Virus record (IMG/VR): IMGVR_UViG_3300028287_000410
Location: 1 to 64,000 of that record
Length of the DNA: 64,000 bases
Direction: 5' to 3' (one strand)
Origin: a virus
How positions within the stretch are numbered: position 1 is the stretch's first letter; each line of letters opens with the position of its first letter. A model generated the notes under the pieces. The model searched no databases and was not told the origin of the DNA. It saw nothing but the letters and a program-made list of their open reading frames with translations. This document shows positions 9,176 through 19,200 of the stretch, one piece after another. A program made the translations under genes and the position numbers.

Positions 9176-11971
9176 ATGAGCTATGTAGACGCCTACTACA
9201 ACAAAGATAAAGATATTGTGCAAGTCGTTGAACGTATCAACGGCAAGCGCATTTATCAAGATTATCCTGCGTGGCGTACATTCTATGTACGTGACGATAG
9301 GGGATCTCATACAAGTATTCACGGTGAGAAAGTTCGTCAAGTGAAAGTCAAACGTAAGAAAGACTTGCACAAAGAACTACGTATGCATTCTGATAAGAAG
9401 ATTTATGAGAGTGATATTAAGCCGGAGATTAGATGTCTTGCTGAAAACTATCTTGGCAAGGACTCGCCAAAGTTGAATGTGGCGTTCTTCGATATCGAGG
9501 TTGACTTCGATGCGGCGCGCGGTTTTGCTCCGCCAGAAGATCCGTTCATGCCGATTACTGCAATTACAGTAGCATTGCAATGGACTGGACAACTTGTAAC
9601 ATTCGTTATCCCGCCAGAGCATATGCGTGAAGGTGGGGGACTAGACGAAGCACAACGACTATGTGGTAAGTTTGGAGATACGTTTTTGTATCTTAGCGAA
9701 GCAGATTTGTTGAATGACTTCTTAGCTCTTATCGAAGATGCAGATGTACTCAGTGGTTGGAACAGTGAAGTTTTCGATATTCCATACACTCTTAATCGTA
9801 TTGTGCGTGTGTTGAGTAAGTCACATACACGTAAGCTATGTCTGTGGGACTTGTATCCTACTCCTAAGAAACTTATTAAGTATGGAAAAGAACAAACAAG
9901 TTATAACCTACTCGGACGTATTCACCTCGATTATCTTGAACTGTATCGCAAGTACACATATCACGAAATGCATTCATATTCACTTGATGCTATCGGTGAG
10001 TATGAACTTGGTGAACGTAAGGTTGCATATGAGGGCACACTAGATCAGTTATACAATCAAGACTTCTATAAGTTTATTGAATATAACAGACAGGATACTG
10101 CATTACTCGACAAGCTAGACAGGAAGCTACAGTTCATTGACTTGGCAAACGAGATTGCACACGATAACACTGTTAACATTCAAACTACAATGGGTGCGGT
10201 TGCTGTGACTGAATCAGCCATCATCAACGAAGCACACAGACGTGGTATGGTTGTTCCAGATCGTAAGCGTAGATCATGGGATACAGAAGACGATGATTAT
10301 GAACCTACACGTGAAGAAGAGGAAGCGGCAGAAGCACAGAAAGCGGCTGGTGCATTCGTTGCAGATCCACAGAAGGGTCTGCAAAAGTGGGTTGCAGGTA
10401 TCGATATTAACTCGCTGTATCCTTCTATCATTCGTGCGTTAAACATGTCTCCAGAAACTATTACTGCACAACTTCGTCCTGACTTGACTGATGAAATGAT
10501 TCAGACACGTATCAGAACTGGTCGCGGTGGTAAGAGCAAAGGCTTTGGTGCCGCACAAGCATGGGAAGATACGTTCTCTACAGAAGAGTTTCGTCTGTTG
10601 AATGAAAAAGACAAGACACAAATAATGACTCTTGATATGGAAGATGGTTCTGAACATCAGTTGACTGGTGCAGAAGTAGCAGACTTAGTGTTCAGTGGCG
10701 ATTTGCCGTGGGCTATCAGTGCGAACGGCACTGTATTCAGACAAGACGTACAAGGTATCATTCCTAGTTTGCTTGAGCGTTGGTATGCAGAACGTAAAGT
10801 ACTACAAGCTAATAAGAAGAAAGCAATTGAAAAGGGCGATAAAGAAGAAATCGCTTTCTGGGATAAACGACAGCTAGTTAAGAAGATTAACTTGAACAGT
10901 TTGTATGGTGCGATCCTTAATCAAGGGTGTCGTTTCTATGATAAACGTATCGGGCAATCAACTACTCTATCAGGTCGTTGTATCACACGTCACATGGGTG
11001 CTAAGACTAATGAAGTTATCGATGGCACGTATGACTATAAAGGCAAATCAGTTATCTATGGCGATACTGACTCTATCTACTATTCAATGTATCCTTCATA
11101 TCACAAAGAAATCGATAGCGGTGAGATTGAATGGGATAAAGAGATTGCTCTTACTATGTATGACGAAATTGCAGATCAAGTAAACGCAAGTTTCCCTGAC
11201 TTTATGAAAGACTTCTTTAATGTCCCTCGCAAGCAAGGTGAAATCATTGCTGCAGGACGTGAGAACTTAGCAACGTCTGCTATCTTTATTAAGAAGAAAC
11301 GTTATGCTATGCTTATCTACGATGATGATGGTGAACGCCGTGATGTCGATGGTAAACCTGGCAAAGTTAAAGCTATGGGACTTGACTTGAAACGTTCTGA
11401 TACTCCAGACTATATGCAAACATTTCTTAGTTCGTGTTTGCTTAAAGTACTTACTGGTGGGGATCAAGATGATATCATTGATATGGTCAAAGAGTTTAAG
11501 AAAGAGTTTCGCAATAAGCCGGGTTGGGAGAAAGGTACTCCTAAGCGTGTTAACAACTTGACTAAGTTCAAGAACGATGTAGCAAAATACAAGAAAGCAC
11601 AGAATGCAGACTTCAAGCTACGTAGTTCAGAAGACAAGTTGCAGAAGCCTAGACTTCCGGGACACGTGAGTGCTGCATTGAACTGGAATACATTACGTGA
11701 AATGCATGGGGATCGTTATTCTATTGAGATTACAGATGGTATGAAAACTATCGTGTGTAAGCTAAGAGACAATCCCATGAAGATGAAAAGTATTGCATAT
11801 CCAATTGATGCAGATCGAATTCCAGAATGGTTCCAAGAACTTCCGTTCGATCATGATTTGATGGAAACAACAATCATTGACAAGAAGATTGACAACTTGA
11901 TTGGTGTTCTGAAATGGGACTTGCGCAATGCTAGTAACAGTGAAACTTTTGAAGATTTGTTTTCATTCTAA
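9176..11971 (+). CDS. Family B DNA polymerase (gp43-like) with 3'-5' exonuclease
   Basis: FDIEV, GWNSEVFDIPY, YNRQD, DINSLYPS, KKINLNSLYG and YGDTDS motifs. Confidence 0.97.
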   Translation: MSYVDAYYNKDKDIVQVVERINGKRIYQDYPAWRTFYVRDDRGSHTSIHGEKVRQVKVKRKKDLHKELRMHSDKKIYESDIKPEIRCLAENYLGKDSPKLNVAFFDIEVDFDAARGFAPPEDPFMPITAITVALQWTGQLVTFVIPPEHMREGGGLDEAQRLCGKFGDTFLYLSEADLLNDFLALIEDADVLSGWNSEVFDIPYTLNRIVRVLSKSHTRKLCLWDLYPTPKKLIKYGKEQTSYNLLGRIHLDYLELYRKYTYHEMHSYSLDAIGEYELGERKVAYEGTLDQLYNQDFYKFIEYNRQDTALLDKLDRKLQFIDLANEIAHDNTVNIQTTMGAVAVTESAIINEAHRRGMVVPDRKRRSWDTEDDDYEPTREEEEAAEAQKAAGAFVADPQKGLQKWVAGIDINSLYPSIIRALNMSPETITAQLRPDLTDEMIQTRIRTGRGGKSKGFGAAQAWEDTFSTEEFRLLNEKDKTQIMTLDMEDGSEHQLTGAEVADLVFSGDLPWAISANGTVFRQDVQGIIPSLLERWYAERKVLQANKKKAIEKGDKEEIAFWDKRQLVKKINLNSLYGAILNQGCRFYDKRIGQSTTLSGRCITRHMGAKTNEVIDGTYDYKGKSVIYGDTDSIYYSMYPSYHKEIDSGEIEWDKEIALTMYDEIADQVNASFPDFMKDFFNVPRKQGEIIAAGRENLATSAIFIKKKRYAMLIYDDDGERRDVDGKPGKVKAMGLDLKRSDTPDYMQTFLSSCLLKVLTGGDQDDIIDMVKEFKKEFRNKPGWEKGTPKRVNNLTKFKNDVAKYKKAQNADFKLRSSEDKLQKPRLPGHVSAALNWNTLREMHGDRYSIEITDGMKTIVCKLRDNPMKMKSIAYPIDADRIPEWFQELPFDHDLMETTIIDKKIDNLIGVLKWDLRNASNSETFEDLFSF

Positions 11972-12552
11972 TGGCTAAAAAGACTTACACAGAACTAGTA
12001 TCCAGTTTAGGGAGGAATGCTGCATCAGATGAATGCTATACTCCTCCAGATCAAGTACTTCCATTACTACCTTATTTGGATAAGACAAAGACTTACTATG
12101 AAGCGACTAGTGGAATATCTAGTTTGCTAGTAGAAGGTTTTAAGAAATACGATTACAACATCGTAGCAAGTAATGGGAAAGACTTCTTTGACTGTGAGCC
12201 AGATGATGTACATGATGGGATTATAACTAATCCACCGTATAGTATCAAAGACAAGTTTATTGAGCATTGCTATGCTCTTGGCAAACCTTTTGCACTATTG
12301 TTACCTATCGCAAGTTTTCAAGGAAGCAAGCGTGGCAAAATGTTCATGGAACATGGTATGAGTGCGTTAGTATACAATAACAGAGTTGACTTTACAGGTG
12401 GGGGTAGTCCTACATTTGGTAATGCTTGGTTCATGTGGGGTATACTGCCCAATAATACTATTCATTGGGTTGATAATCCAAAGATAGGAAACACTAAAAA
12501 GAAAACTACACAAGTTGAAGAAAAATCATTTGACAACTTGTTTGACTTGTGA
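11971..12552 (+). CDS. Amino-methyltransferase (N6-adenine/N4-cytosine DNA MTase-like)
   Basis: DECYTP...DFF...IITNPPYS motifs. Confidence 0.7.
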   Translation: MAKKTYTELVSSLGRNAASDECYTPPDQVLPLLPYLDKTKTYYEATSGISSLLVEGFKKYDYNIVASNGKDFFDCEPDDVHDGIITNPPYSIKDKFIEHCYALGKPFALLLPIASFQGSKRGKMFMEHGMSALVYNNRVDFTGGGSPTFGNAWFMWGILPNNTIHWVDNPKIGNTKKKTTQVEEKSFDNLFDL

Positions 12553-12558
12553 TATAAT
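12530..12558 (+). promoter_or_regulatory. sigma70-type promoter
   Basis: TTGACA-17 nt-TATAAT with extended -10 TG. Confidence 0.8.
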
Positions 12559-12586
12559 AGTAATTAATAAAATATAGGAGAACGCA

Positions 12587-13342
12587 ATGCGTGACATTTT
12601 AAAAGATATTGTGAAGCACACACATTCGCTTGGTATCATCCAAGCAGCAAAAGTGACAACAGACAGCGAAGCAACAACACTAGATGCGATGGACGATGAT
12701 CGTACTGTTGTACTACGTGCAAAGCTACATGATCGTGTACCAGAGTTTGAAGGTAAGTTCGGTCTAGGTCGCTTGGGCGTACTGAACGGTTATCTCGGTT
12801 ATGAAAGCCGCAACACTGAAAATGAAGTTGTAGGTACACATGTAGAGATTAATCGCGTAGAGCGCAACGGCGAAGAAGTTCCAGCAGAGTTTAACTTTAC
12901 TATTCCAGGTATTTTGAATTCTACATATCGTGTAATTACAGCAGAACTTGTTGACGCACAGATTAAAACAGCAAACTTCAAAGGCGCGAAGTGGGATGTT
13001 GAAGTAATGCCAACACAACAAGCAATCAAAGATTTGCAAACTGTTGCAGGTATTCTATCAGCGTATGATCCATTGTTCACAGTACGTACAGTAGATGGCA
13101 ATCTACAGTTTACAATCGGTGATGCATCTACAGATAAAGCAGAGATTACATTTGCTCGTAATGTAGAAGGCGAACTTAAATCAGGTTGGTCATTCCCACT
13201 TTCAACAGTGTTGACAATTCTAAAATTGGGTGATACATCATCTATGAGTATTAAAATCTCAGATCAAGGTGCAATGGCTATTCACGTTGATAGCGGGATG
13301 GGCCTGTATGAGTACATTTTACCTGCTAAATCTGGCAATTAA
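12587..13342 (+). CDS. Probable DNA sliding clamp (gp45/PCNA-like)
   Basis: 251 aa, alternating beta/alpha pattern, C-terminal YEYILPA, close to the polymerase; inferred. Confidence 0.6.
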   Translation: MRDILKDIVKHTHSLGIIQAAKVTTDSEATTLDAMDDDRTVVLRAKLHDRVPEFEGKFGLGRLGVLNGYLGYESRNTENEVVGTHVEINRVERNGEEVPAEFNFTIPGILNSTYRVITAELVDAQIKTANFKGAKWDVEVMPTQQAIKDLQTVAGILSAYDPLFTVRTVDGNLQFTIGDASTDKAEITFARNVEGELKSGWSFPLSTVLTILKLGDTSSMSIKISDQGAMAIHVDSGMGLYEYILPAKSGN

Positions 13343-13385
13343 CCTAAATAAGAGTATAACAATATACAAAAGGATACAATAATAA

Positions 13386-14948
13386 ATGGTTAAAGACTTA
13401 GGTAAAAACAACATCAGTAGCGGATATGCAGTATTTCTGCCCGCTATTTCTAACTTCTATGTTCGTAAGGTATCACAACATTACGCAGGAACAACAGACA
13501 TGTTCCCTCCTGAGCGTATCCCTCAGGGATTTGAACATGGACTAGATGGATTAAACATCTTAGACAAAGATAAAGGCTATGTGTACTATTCGCATGGTCT
13601 TTATTCTGCTGGTCATGCTGAACTAGACTTAGAAAAAACTAAAATCGAAGACGGTATGATTGTTAATCGCAATAGAGAAGAAACAGTTCTAGTAGGGGAT
13701 TCAGGTGGGTATCAGATTGGTACTGGTGCTTGGAAACTAGACTGGTCTTCATTCTATGATAAAGAAGGTGATTGGGCAAAGACACGTCATGGTATTATGG
13801 CGTGGCTTGAAGAATATTGTGATTATTCTATGACACTTGATATTCCAGGATGGGCATGTTTGCCACAGTATCGTGATAAGAACGGTATCAAAAACTGGGA
13901 TGAATGTGTAGACAAAACAATCTTCAATCATGAATACTTTATCAACAACCGCACACCAGGCAAGACTAAGTTCTTAAACACTCTACATGGTTCTAATTGG
14001 GATACTAGTGAAAAGTGGTATGAGAAGGTCAAGCACTTCAATGATAAGTCAGTATATGGCGACAGAGCATTTGAAGGCTATGCGATGGCAGGGGATCACG
14101 CAGGTGATGCGGAACTACTACTACGTAGACTTATTCGTTTACGTGATGATGGTCTGCTTGGACAAGCAGACCAATCAGATGTTTGGATTCACACTCTTGG
14201 CATAAGCGTTCTCCCATGGGGTGCTATGTTAACAGCAATCCAACGACAGCTACGAAAGCATGTTAATCCAAACATCACAATCTCTTTTGATGCGGCTTCC
14301 CCCTATATTACTGCATCGAAAGGGTTGGCTTATGACTATCCTGACTTGAATGGTAACGCTTGGTCTTACAAGACTAAGAAGTTGAATTGGCGTCAAGATA
14401 TCAGTAATGATAAACAACCCTGGTTGTATGAAGGGGAAATCGGCTCACGTTTGAATATGCGAGATATCAATTACATGCAACCCGGTATGCTCAATCGCAA
14501 CAAGAAAGAAGCTAAATCAAGTTGGGATAGTCTAAGCTATATTTTAATTCAAGCACATAATGCTGAATATCATATTCGTGGTATGCAAGACGCAATACGC
14601 AGGTTCGATCATGAGTATGAAATGTTGCATGATAAACTAGATATCAACAACATGAATTTGGGTAAAACTAACGTACTATCCGATGTAGTTCCAGATAGAG
14701 TTCTGTACTTCGCTAAGTTCGTAGAAAAATTGTTTGACCCAGAAACTAAAGATCCTATGCAAATGCTAGGAGACTTTAAAGCGTTTCTACGAAAATGTGA
14801 AGGATCGCGTGTCCAAAACATTTCTACTACTCCTGACTTTATGGAATTTGAAGAATCAAATGTAAAGACAGAAGAATTTGTAGAAGCAGTTAAGGGAAAG
14901 AAGAAAGAATATGAAGAACCTGAAGGAATAGCAGAATTATTCGGATAA
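13386..14948 (+). CDS. dpdA: DpdA-like 7-deazaguanine DNA transglycosylase (TGT family)
   Basis: GDSGGYQ, MTLDIP, HTLG and SFDAASP TGT-type motifs; clustered with folE and queE. Confidence 0.8.
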   Translation: MVKDLGKNNISSGYAVFLPAISNFYVRKVSQHYAGTTDMFPPERIPQGFEHGLDGLNILDKDKGYVYYSHGLYSAGHAELDLEKTKIEDGMIVNRNREETVLVGDSGGYQIGTGAWKLDWSSFYDKEGDWAKTRHGIMAWLEEYCDYSMTLDIPGWACLPQYRDKNGIKNWDECVDKTIFNHEYFINNRTPGKTKFLNTLHGSNWDTSEKWYEKVKHFNDKSVYGDRAFEGYAMAGDHAGDAELLLRRLIRLRDDGLLGQADQSDVWIHTLGISVLPWGAMLTAIQRQLRKHVNPNITISFDAASPYITASKGLAYDYPDLNGNAWSYKTKKLNWRQDISNDKQPWLYEGEIGSRLNMRDINYMQPGMLNRNKKEAKSSWDSLSYILIQAHNAEYHIRGMQDAIRRFDHEYEMLHDKLDINNMNLGKTNVLSDVVPDRVLYFAKFVEKLFDPETKDPMQMLGDFKAFLRKCEGSRVQNISTTPDFMEFEESNVKTEEFVEAVKGKKKEYEEPEGIAELFG

Positions 14949-14958
14949 GGAGGTATAT

Positions 14959-15138
14959 ATGACACCCGAAAAGAAACAAGCACGACTAGAAAGCCTAAGA
15001 AAAAAGCACAGAGAACTTGACAATCATATCAAAAAAGAGTATAACTTACACTTAGATGTGAATCATTTAAAATCTGAGAAACTACGAATGAAATCAGAAA
15101 TTTATGCTTTAGAGCAGGAACTTGGAGATAATGGGTAG
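14959..15138 (+). CDS. 59-aa coiled-coil protein, DUF465/YdcH-like (not in ORF track)
   Basis: AGGAGG SD; translation MTPEKKQARLESLRKKHRELDNHIK...LKSEKLRMKSEI. Confidence 0.7.
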   Translation: MTPEKKQARLESLRKKHRELDNHIKKEYNLHLDVNHLKSEKLRMKSEIYALEQELGDNG

Positions 15139-15586
15139 TTACTATAATTATATGCTAACAGAAACTAGGAAAGCAAACATGAAAGACGATATGGAAAAAC
15201 AAAAACAAAATGCAAAACGTTGGATTTGGGTTACGTTTCAAAAAGAAGGTATTCACAAGTATCCTGCAGCATTGACAGATCCTGCTCTTGCGACAGGTGA
15301 TGAATACGATGTATCTTTTTTGGGATATCCGCATCGTCACATGTTTCATTTCCGTGTAGCAATTAAAGTAACACATAATGACAGAGATATTGAATTCATT
15401 CAATTCAAGCGTTGGTTAGAAAATCTATACAAAGATAATGTTATCGAACTTGATTATAAATCATGCGAAATGATGTCTGATGATTTGTTTGATCAAATCG
15501 TCGCAAAGTATCCGGGACGTGATATCAAAATCGAAATCTCCGAAGACGGAGAAAACGGAGCATTAGTAGAATATGACGCTCAGTGA
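15131..15586 (+). CDS. QueD-like T-fold protein (possible DpdL-type paralog)
   Basis: LGYPHRHMF, SCEMM and SEDGENGA motifs; directly downstream of dpdA. Confidence 0.75.
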   Translation: MGSYYNYMLTETRKANMKDDMEKQKQNAKRWIWVTFQKEGIHKYPAALTDPALATGDEYDVSFLGYPHRHMFHFRVAIKVTHNDRDIEFIQFKRWLENLYKDNVIELDYKSCEMMSDDLFDQIVAKYPGRDIKIEISEDGENGALVEYDAQ

Positions 15587-16097
15587 AGAAATTCAAGCGA
15601 TGGTTAGAGTAGTACCTGATCATCCGCAACCAGGTATTATGTATCAGGATATGGCTAGTATCTTTAATCATCCTTCGGGATTGACTAAAGTTATTCAAGC
15701 ATTTCAAGAACAGAATATCATCTACGACAGAATCGTAGGATTAGACGCACGTGGCTTTCCAATGGCTGGTGCGCTAAGTGCTATTACAGGCAAACCGTTT
15801 GTTATGGCACGTAAGAAAGGTAAACTTCCGGGTGAGACTATCTCAACGGAATATGAATTAGAATACGGCACAGACGAACTACACCTTCAAACTGACTCAG
15901 TGTTAGACGATGACCGTGTTCTAATAATTGATGATGTTATTGCAACTGGTGGGACACTACTAGCGGCTACATCATTGATAGAACGAATGAATGGTAACAT
16001 AGTTGGTATTCATTCGATTATGGACTTGACTTTTTTAGGCGGGTCTGATAAACTGAGAGCTAAGGGATATCCCGTGTTCTCAATATTAAGTGAGTAA
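15573..16097 (+). CDS. apt: Adenine phosphoribosyltransferase-like protein
   Basis: GLDARGF, ARKKGKLPG, YELEYG and IIDDVIATGGT motifs. Confidence 0.9.
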   Translation: MTLSEEIQAMVRVVPDHPQPGIMYQDMASIFNHPSGLTKVIQAFQEQNIIYDRIVGLDARGFPMAGALSAITGKPFVMARKKGKLPGETISTEYELEYGTDELHLQTDSVLDDDRVLIIDDVIATGGTLLAATSLIERMNGNIVGIHSIMDLTFLGGSDKLRAKGYPVFSILSE

Positions 16098-16120
16098 CTG
16101 GCAAAACGAATAGGAATCTA

Positions 16121-17188
16121 ATGTTATATCTTATAGACTTGGAGAGTGTTGAATCCCGCTACACAAAGCAATGGAAGACACATCTCCCCACATTGTTACG
16201 AAGCAACGGTATTGATGTTACTGTGATTGACGGTCCAACCGACATTCCAGAAGCCACTACACCTGGTGCATTTCTCAACTTTGGTGGTACAAATATCTAT
16301 AAGAGCGCACAATTAGAAAAGATAGCAAAACTGATCTGTGATGGCGAAGTCAAAGATGGTGACTATTTTCTCTATACAGATGCGTGGAATCCCACTGTCA
16401 TCCAGCTTAAATATATGGCAGAATTACTTGGGATAAAACTCCGTATCGGTGGTTTATGGCATGCTGGTAGCTATGATCCGCAAGATTTCTTAGGTCGTTT
16501 AATTGGCGATGCTTCATGGGTTCGTAAAGCGGAAATGAGTATGTACGATTGTTATGATGATAACTTTTTTGCTACTAAGTTTCATATTGATTTGTTTACA
16601 AATACATTCTGGGACGATGACCGTGATATCGACAGGCAACTGCTTCACTCTATACGACAAGTGGGTTGGCCTATGGAATACATCGAAGAGGATCTTAGTG
16701 AGTATAAGAATATGGCGAAAGAGGACATCATAGTATTCCCACATCGTATTGCTCCTGAGAAACAGCCAGAAGTTTTTGACTACATTGCTGAACAGATGCC
16801 AGAGTATCAGTTCATTAAATGTCAGGACTTGAACTTGACAAAGCCAGAATACCACACCTTACTTGGCAAAGCTAAGTTAGTGTTTAGTGCTAACTTGCAG
16901 GAAACTCTGGGTATCTCAGTATACGAAGGTCTGCAAGTTGGTGCTATTCCTATGGTACCAGATAGATTATCATACACAGAAATGTGGAGTGATCATTTCA
17001 AGTATCCAAGTGAATGGACTTCTTCATTAGATGCAACAAAGAAAAACATTGAAAATATTAAAGCATATATTCATATGCAAATGTCGAAGAATAGTGACCT
17101 AACTTGGACAATGAATGAAGAACTGCGTAATGTAGAAAAGTTCTATTCGGGAAATAAACTAATAACATATCTCAAAGAAAACACATGA
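16121..17188 (+). CDS. GT-B (GT4-like) glycosyltransferase
   Basis: FPHRIAPEKQP and QETLGISVYEG (ExxGxxxxE) motifs. Confidence 0.75.
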   Translation: MLYLIDLESVESRYTKQWKTHLPTLLRSNGIDVTVIDGPTDIPEATTPGAFLNFGGTNIYKSAQLEKIAKLICDGEVKDGDYFLYTDAWNPTVIQLKYMAELLGIKLRIGGLWHAGSYDPQDFLGRLIGDASWVRKAEMSMYDCYDDNFFATKFHIDLFTNTFWDDDRDIDRQLLHSIRQVGWPMEYIEEDLSEYKNMAKEDIIVFPHRIAPEKQPEVFDYIAEQMPEYQFIKCQDLNLTKPEYHTLLGKAKLVFSANLQETLGISVYEGLQVGAIPMVPDRLSYTEMWSDHFKYPSEWTSSLDATKKNIENIKAYIHMQMSKNSDLTWTMNEELRNVEKFYSGNKLITYLKENT

Positions 17189-17244
17189 TAAATACATATG
17201 ATAGAGAGTATCCCAGCTTTCTATCATATTTTGGGAGAAATAAT

Positions 17245-17547
17245 ATGGCTCGTTACAGAGGTATGATCACCAACAACATTAAGTTTGATGCAACAATCAA
17301 GGTTCGCCGTTCGATTGACTTACGCGAACTATCAGACTTTGGTTCAATCACTTATGCAGCACAAGATTTACCAACATCAGGTGCAACACATCGTAAAGCA
17401 ACAGGTGGTTCAACTTCAGCAACACGCGGACACGCAGATTTACGTGATATCCACAGTGAAGCAGTAGTTGATCGCCAAGATATGGGTTCAATTGCTGATA
17501 CAGCAAGAGACACACTTGGATATAACGATGAACCTTATCTACACTAA
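17245..17547 (+). CDS. Hypothetical late protein (start revised from 17185)
   Basis: GATAAATA at 17187-17194 and GGGAG SD before ATG 17245. Confidence 0.65.
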   Translation: MARYRGMITNNIKFDATIKVRRSIDLRELSDFGSITYAAQDLPTSGATHRKATGGSTSATRGHADLRDIHSEAVVDRQDMGSIADTARDTLGYNDEPYLH

Positions 17548-17564
17548 TTAATTTAAAATAAGTG

Positions 17565-17610
17565 TTGACAAAATAACCCACTTGTAGTATTATAATATTA
17601 TGAGTGGGTT
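17565..17610 (+). promoter_or_regulatory. sigma70-type promoter overlapped by a 36-bp imperfect palindrome
   Basis: TTGACA-17 nt-TATTAT; aacccacttgtagtatta/taatattatgagtgggtt at 17575-17610. Confidence 0.65.
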
Positions 17611-17642
17611 TACCATATCATAGTAATAAAGGAACATAGTAT

Positions 17643-18368
17643 ATGACTAAAGATGAACTTAAAGCAATCCTAGATAACCATATTCTGTGGCTCCAGGATA
17701 ATAAAGAAGGAGTTCGTGCTTACTTGATTGGTGCTGACTTAGAGAATGCTGACTTGAGTGGTGCTGACTTGAAAAATGCTAACTTGTGGTGTGCTGACTT
17801 GAGGGGTGCTAGCTTAGAGAATGCTAACTTAGAGGGTGCTTACTTAGAGGATGCTAACTTGAGTGGTGCTAACTTAGAGGTTGCTAACTTAGAGGGTGCT
17901 TACTTAGAGGATGCTGACTTGAGTGATGCTTACTTGAGGGGTGCTAACTTGAAGGGTACTAACTTGAGGGAGGCTTCCTTGAAGGGTGCGTACTTGAGGA
18001 ATGCTGACTTGAGTGGTGCTATCTTGAGGAGTGCTAACTTGAGTGGTGCTTACTTGTTTGGTGCTAACTTGAGGGAGGCTTCCTTGAGGAATGCTAACTT
18101 GAGGGGTTCTGACTTAGAGGATGCCGACTTGCGTGATGCTAACTTGAGTGGTGCTGACTTAAAGAATGCTTACTTAGAGGGTGCTAACTTGAGGGATACT
18201 AAATTGGAAAAAGCAATATATGCGGCTACCATTGAGTACTCAACTAAATATGGTGAAGATTCAGTGCGAAAATCCTCACTTTCATTCAAAGAATCAATGA
18301 CAAGTGATTTCATTGAACAGTCCCGCGAATCACCGCAGTTTTATAAGGGGTACAATTCTAATGATTGA
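17643..18368 (+). CDS. Pentapeptide-repeat protein
   Basis: About 32 A(N/D/Y)LxG-type repeats. Confidence 0.92.
   Translation: MTKDELKAILDNHILWLQDNKEGVRAYLIGADLENADLSGADLKNANLWCADLRGASLENANLEGAYLEDANLSGANLEVANLEGAYLEDADLSDAYLRGANLKGTNLREASLKGAYLRNADLSGAILRSANLSGAYLFGANLREASLRNANLRGSDLEDADLRDANLSGADLKNAYLEGANLRDTKLEKAIYAATIEYSTKYGEDSVRKSSLSFKESMTSDFIEQSRESPQFYKGYNSND
17718..18197 (+). repeat. 15-bp tandem repeat, 32 units, consensus GCT NNC TTR NNN NNT
   Basis: Units counted directly in the sequence. Confidence 0.9.
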
Positions 18369-18410
18369 GTTGTTCCCTGTGTCATGGGATGCTCTTAAGG
18401 AGGAATATTA

Positions 18411-18668
18411 ATGTATAGTATTGAGTTATACGAAATGGTTTACTGGTTTGAGTCGGAGGATACGTTTAAGCAAGCCCTTAATAGCAATAGCAGCAGGGCT
18501 CACAGGATATGGTATTCAGACGTGGCTTTTAACAATGCAACTCGTGAGGTTGTTAAGTGCAGATACGATCTAAAAGAAATAATAGATTCTTGGATGTATC
18601 GAAGGTCTCACCAAGACAATATGAATAAGATGGAGCAGAATGTGTTTAGCAAAGGAGAAACACAATGA
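18411..18668 (+). CDS. Hypothetical protein
   Basis: AGGAGG SD; overlaps next start (ATGA). Confidence 0.65.
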   Translation: MYSIELYEMVYWFESEDTFKQALNSNSSRAHRIWYSDVAFNNATREVVKCRYDLKEIIDSWMYRRSHQDNMNKMEQNVFSKGETQ

Positions 18669-19200
18669 CTAAAGATGAACTTAAAGTAATCCTAGAAAAA
18701 CATAAGCTGTGGCTCCAGGGTAATAAAGAAGGAGTTCGTGCTAGCTTGAGGGGTGTTAACTTGAGGGGTGCTGACTTAGAGAATGCTAACTTGAGGAGTG
18801 CTAACTTGAGGAATGCTAATTTGAGTTTTGCTTGCTTAGAGAGTGCTAACTTGAGACATGCTATCTTGTGGGGTGCTAACTTGATGGTTGCTAACTTGAG
18901 GGGTGCTTACTTAGAGGAAATTAACTTGATAGGTGCCAACTTGAGACGTGCTGACTTGAGTGGTGCTAACTTGATGGGTGCTTACTTAGAGGGTGCTGAC
19001 CTAAGCTATGCTGATCTTAAGGATGCTAACTTGAGGGGTGCTATCAGATGAAAGTCGTGGCCTTTATTGGCAAGTCACAGAAGATGATGGCACAGGTTGT
19101 ATCACAGTAAAGTTTCACAATGTAGAAGAAGAAGAGGAAGAGACAAGATGAATAAGATGGAGGAGAATATGTTTAGCGAAGGAGAAACAGAATGACAAAG
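18614..19200 (+). repeat. About 60-bp imperfect direct repeat (18614-18673 and 19141-19200) containing an SD and start codon
   Basis: agacaa-atgaataagatggag-agaat-tgtttagc-aaggagaaaca-aatgac in both copies. Confidence 0.85.
18665..19051 (+). CDS. Pentapeptide-repeat protein, paralog of 17643-18368
   Basis: Near-identical MTKDELK...KEGVRA N-terminus; about 20 repeats (18740-19039). Confidence 0.92.
   Translation: MTKDELKVILEKHKLWLQGNKEGVRASLRGVNLRGADLENANLRSANLRNANLSFACLESANLRHAILWGANLMVANLRGAYLEEINLIGANLRRADLSGANLMGAYLEGADLSYADLKDANLRGAIR

Noticed and set aside
9176-11971. Intein or intron in the DNA polymerase (also checked thyA)
   Set aside because: All motifs are in one continuous frame of normal length; only a short acidic insertion is present
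17718-19039. 15-bp periodic repeats as a CRISPR array
   Set aside because: No unique spacers; the repeats are in-frame codons of pentapeptide proteins; no cas genes in the window
17643-19051. Complete diversity-generating retroelement (TR/VR pair)
   Set aside because: No reverse transcriptase or Avd gene in the window, and the two genes are not a collinear pair differing only at adenines
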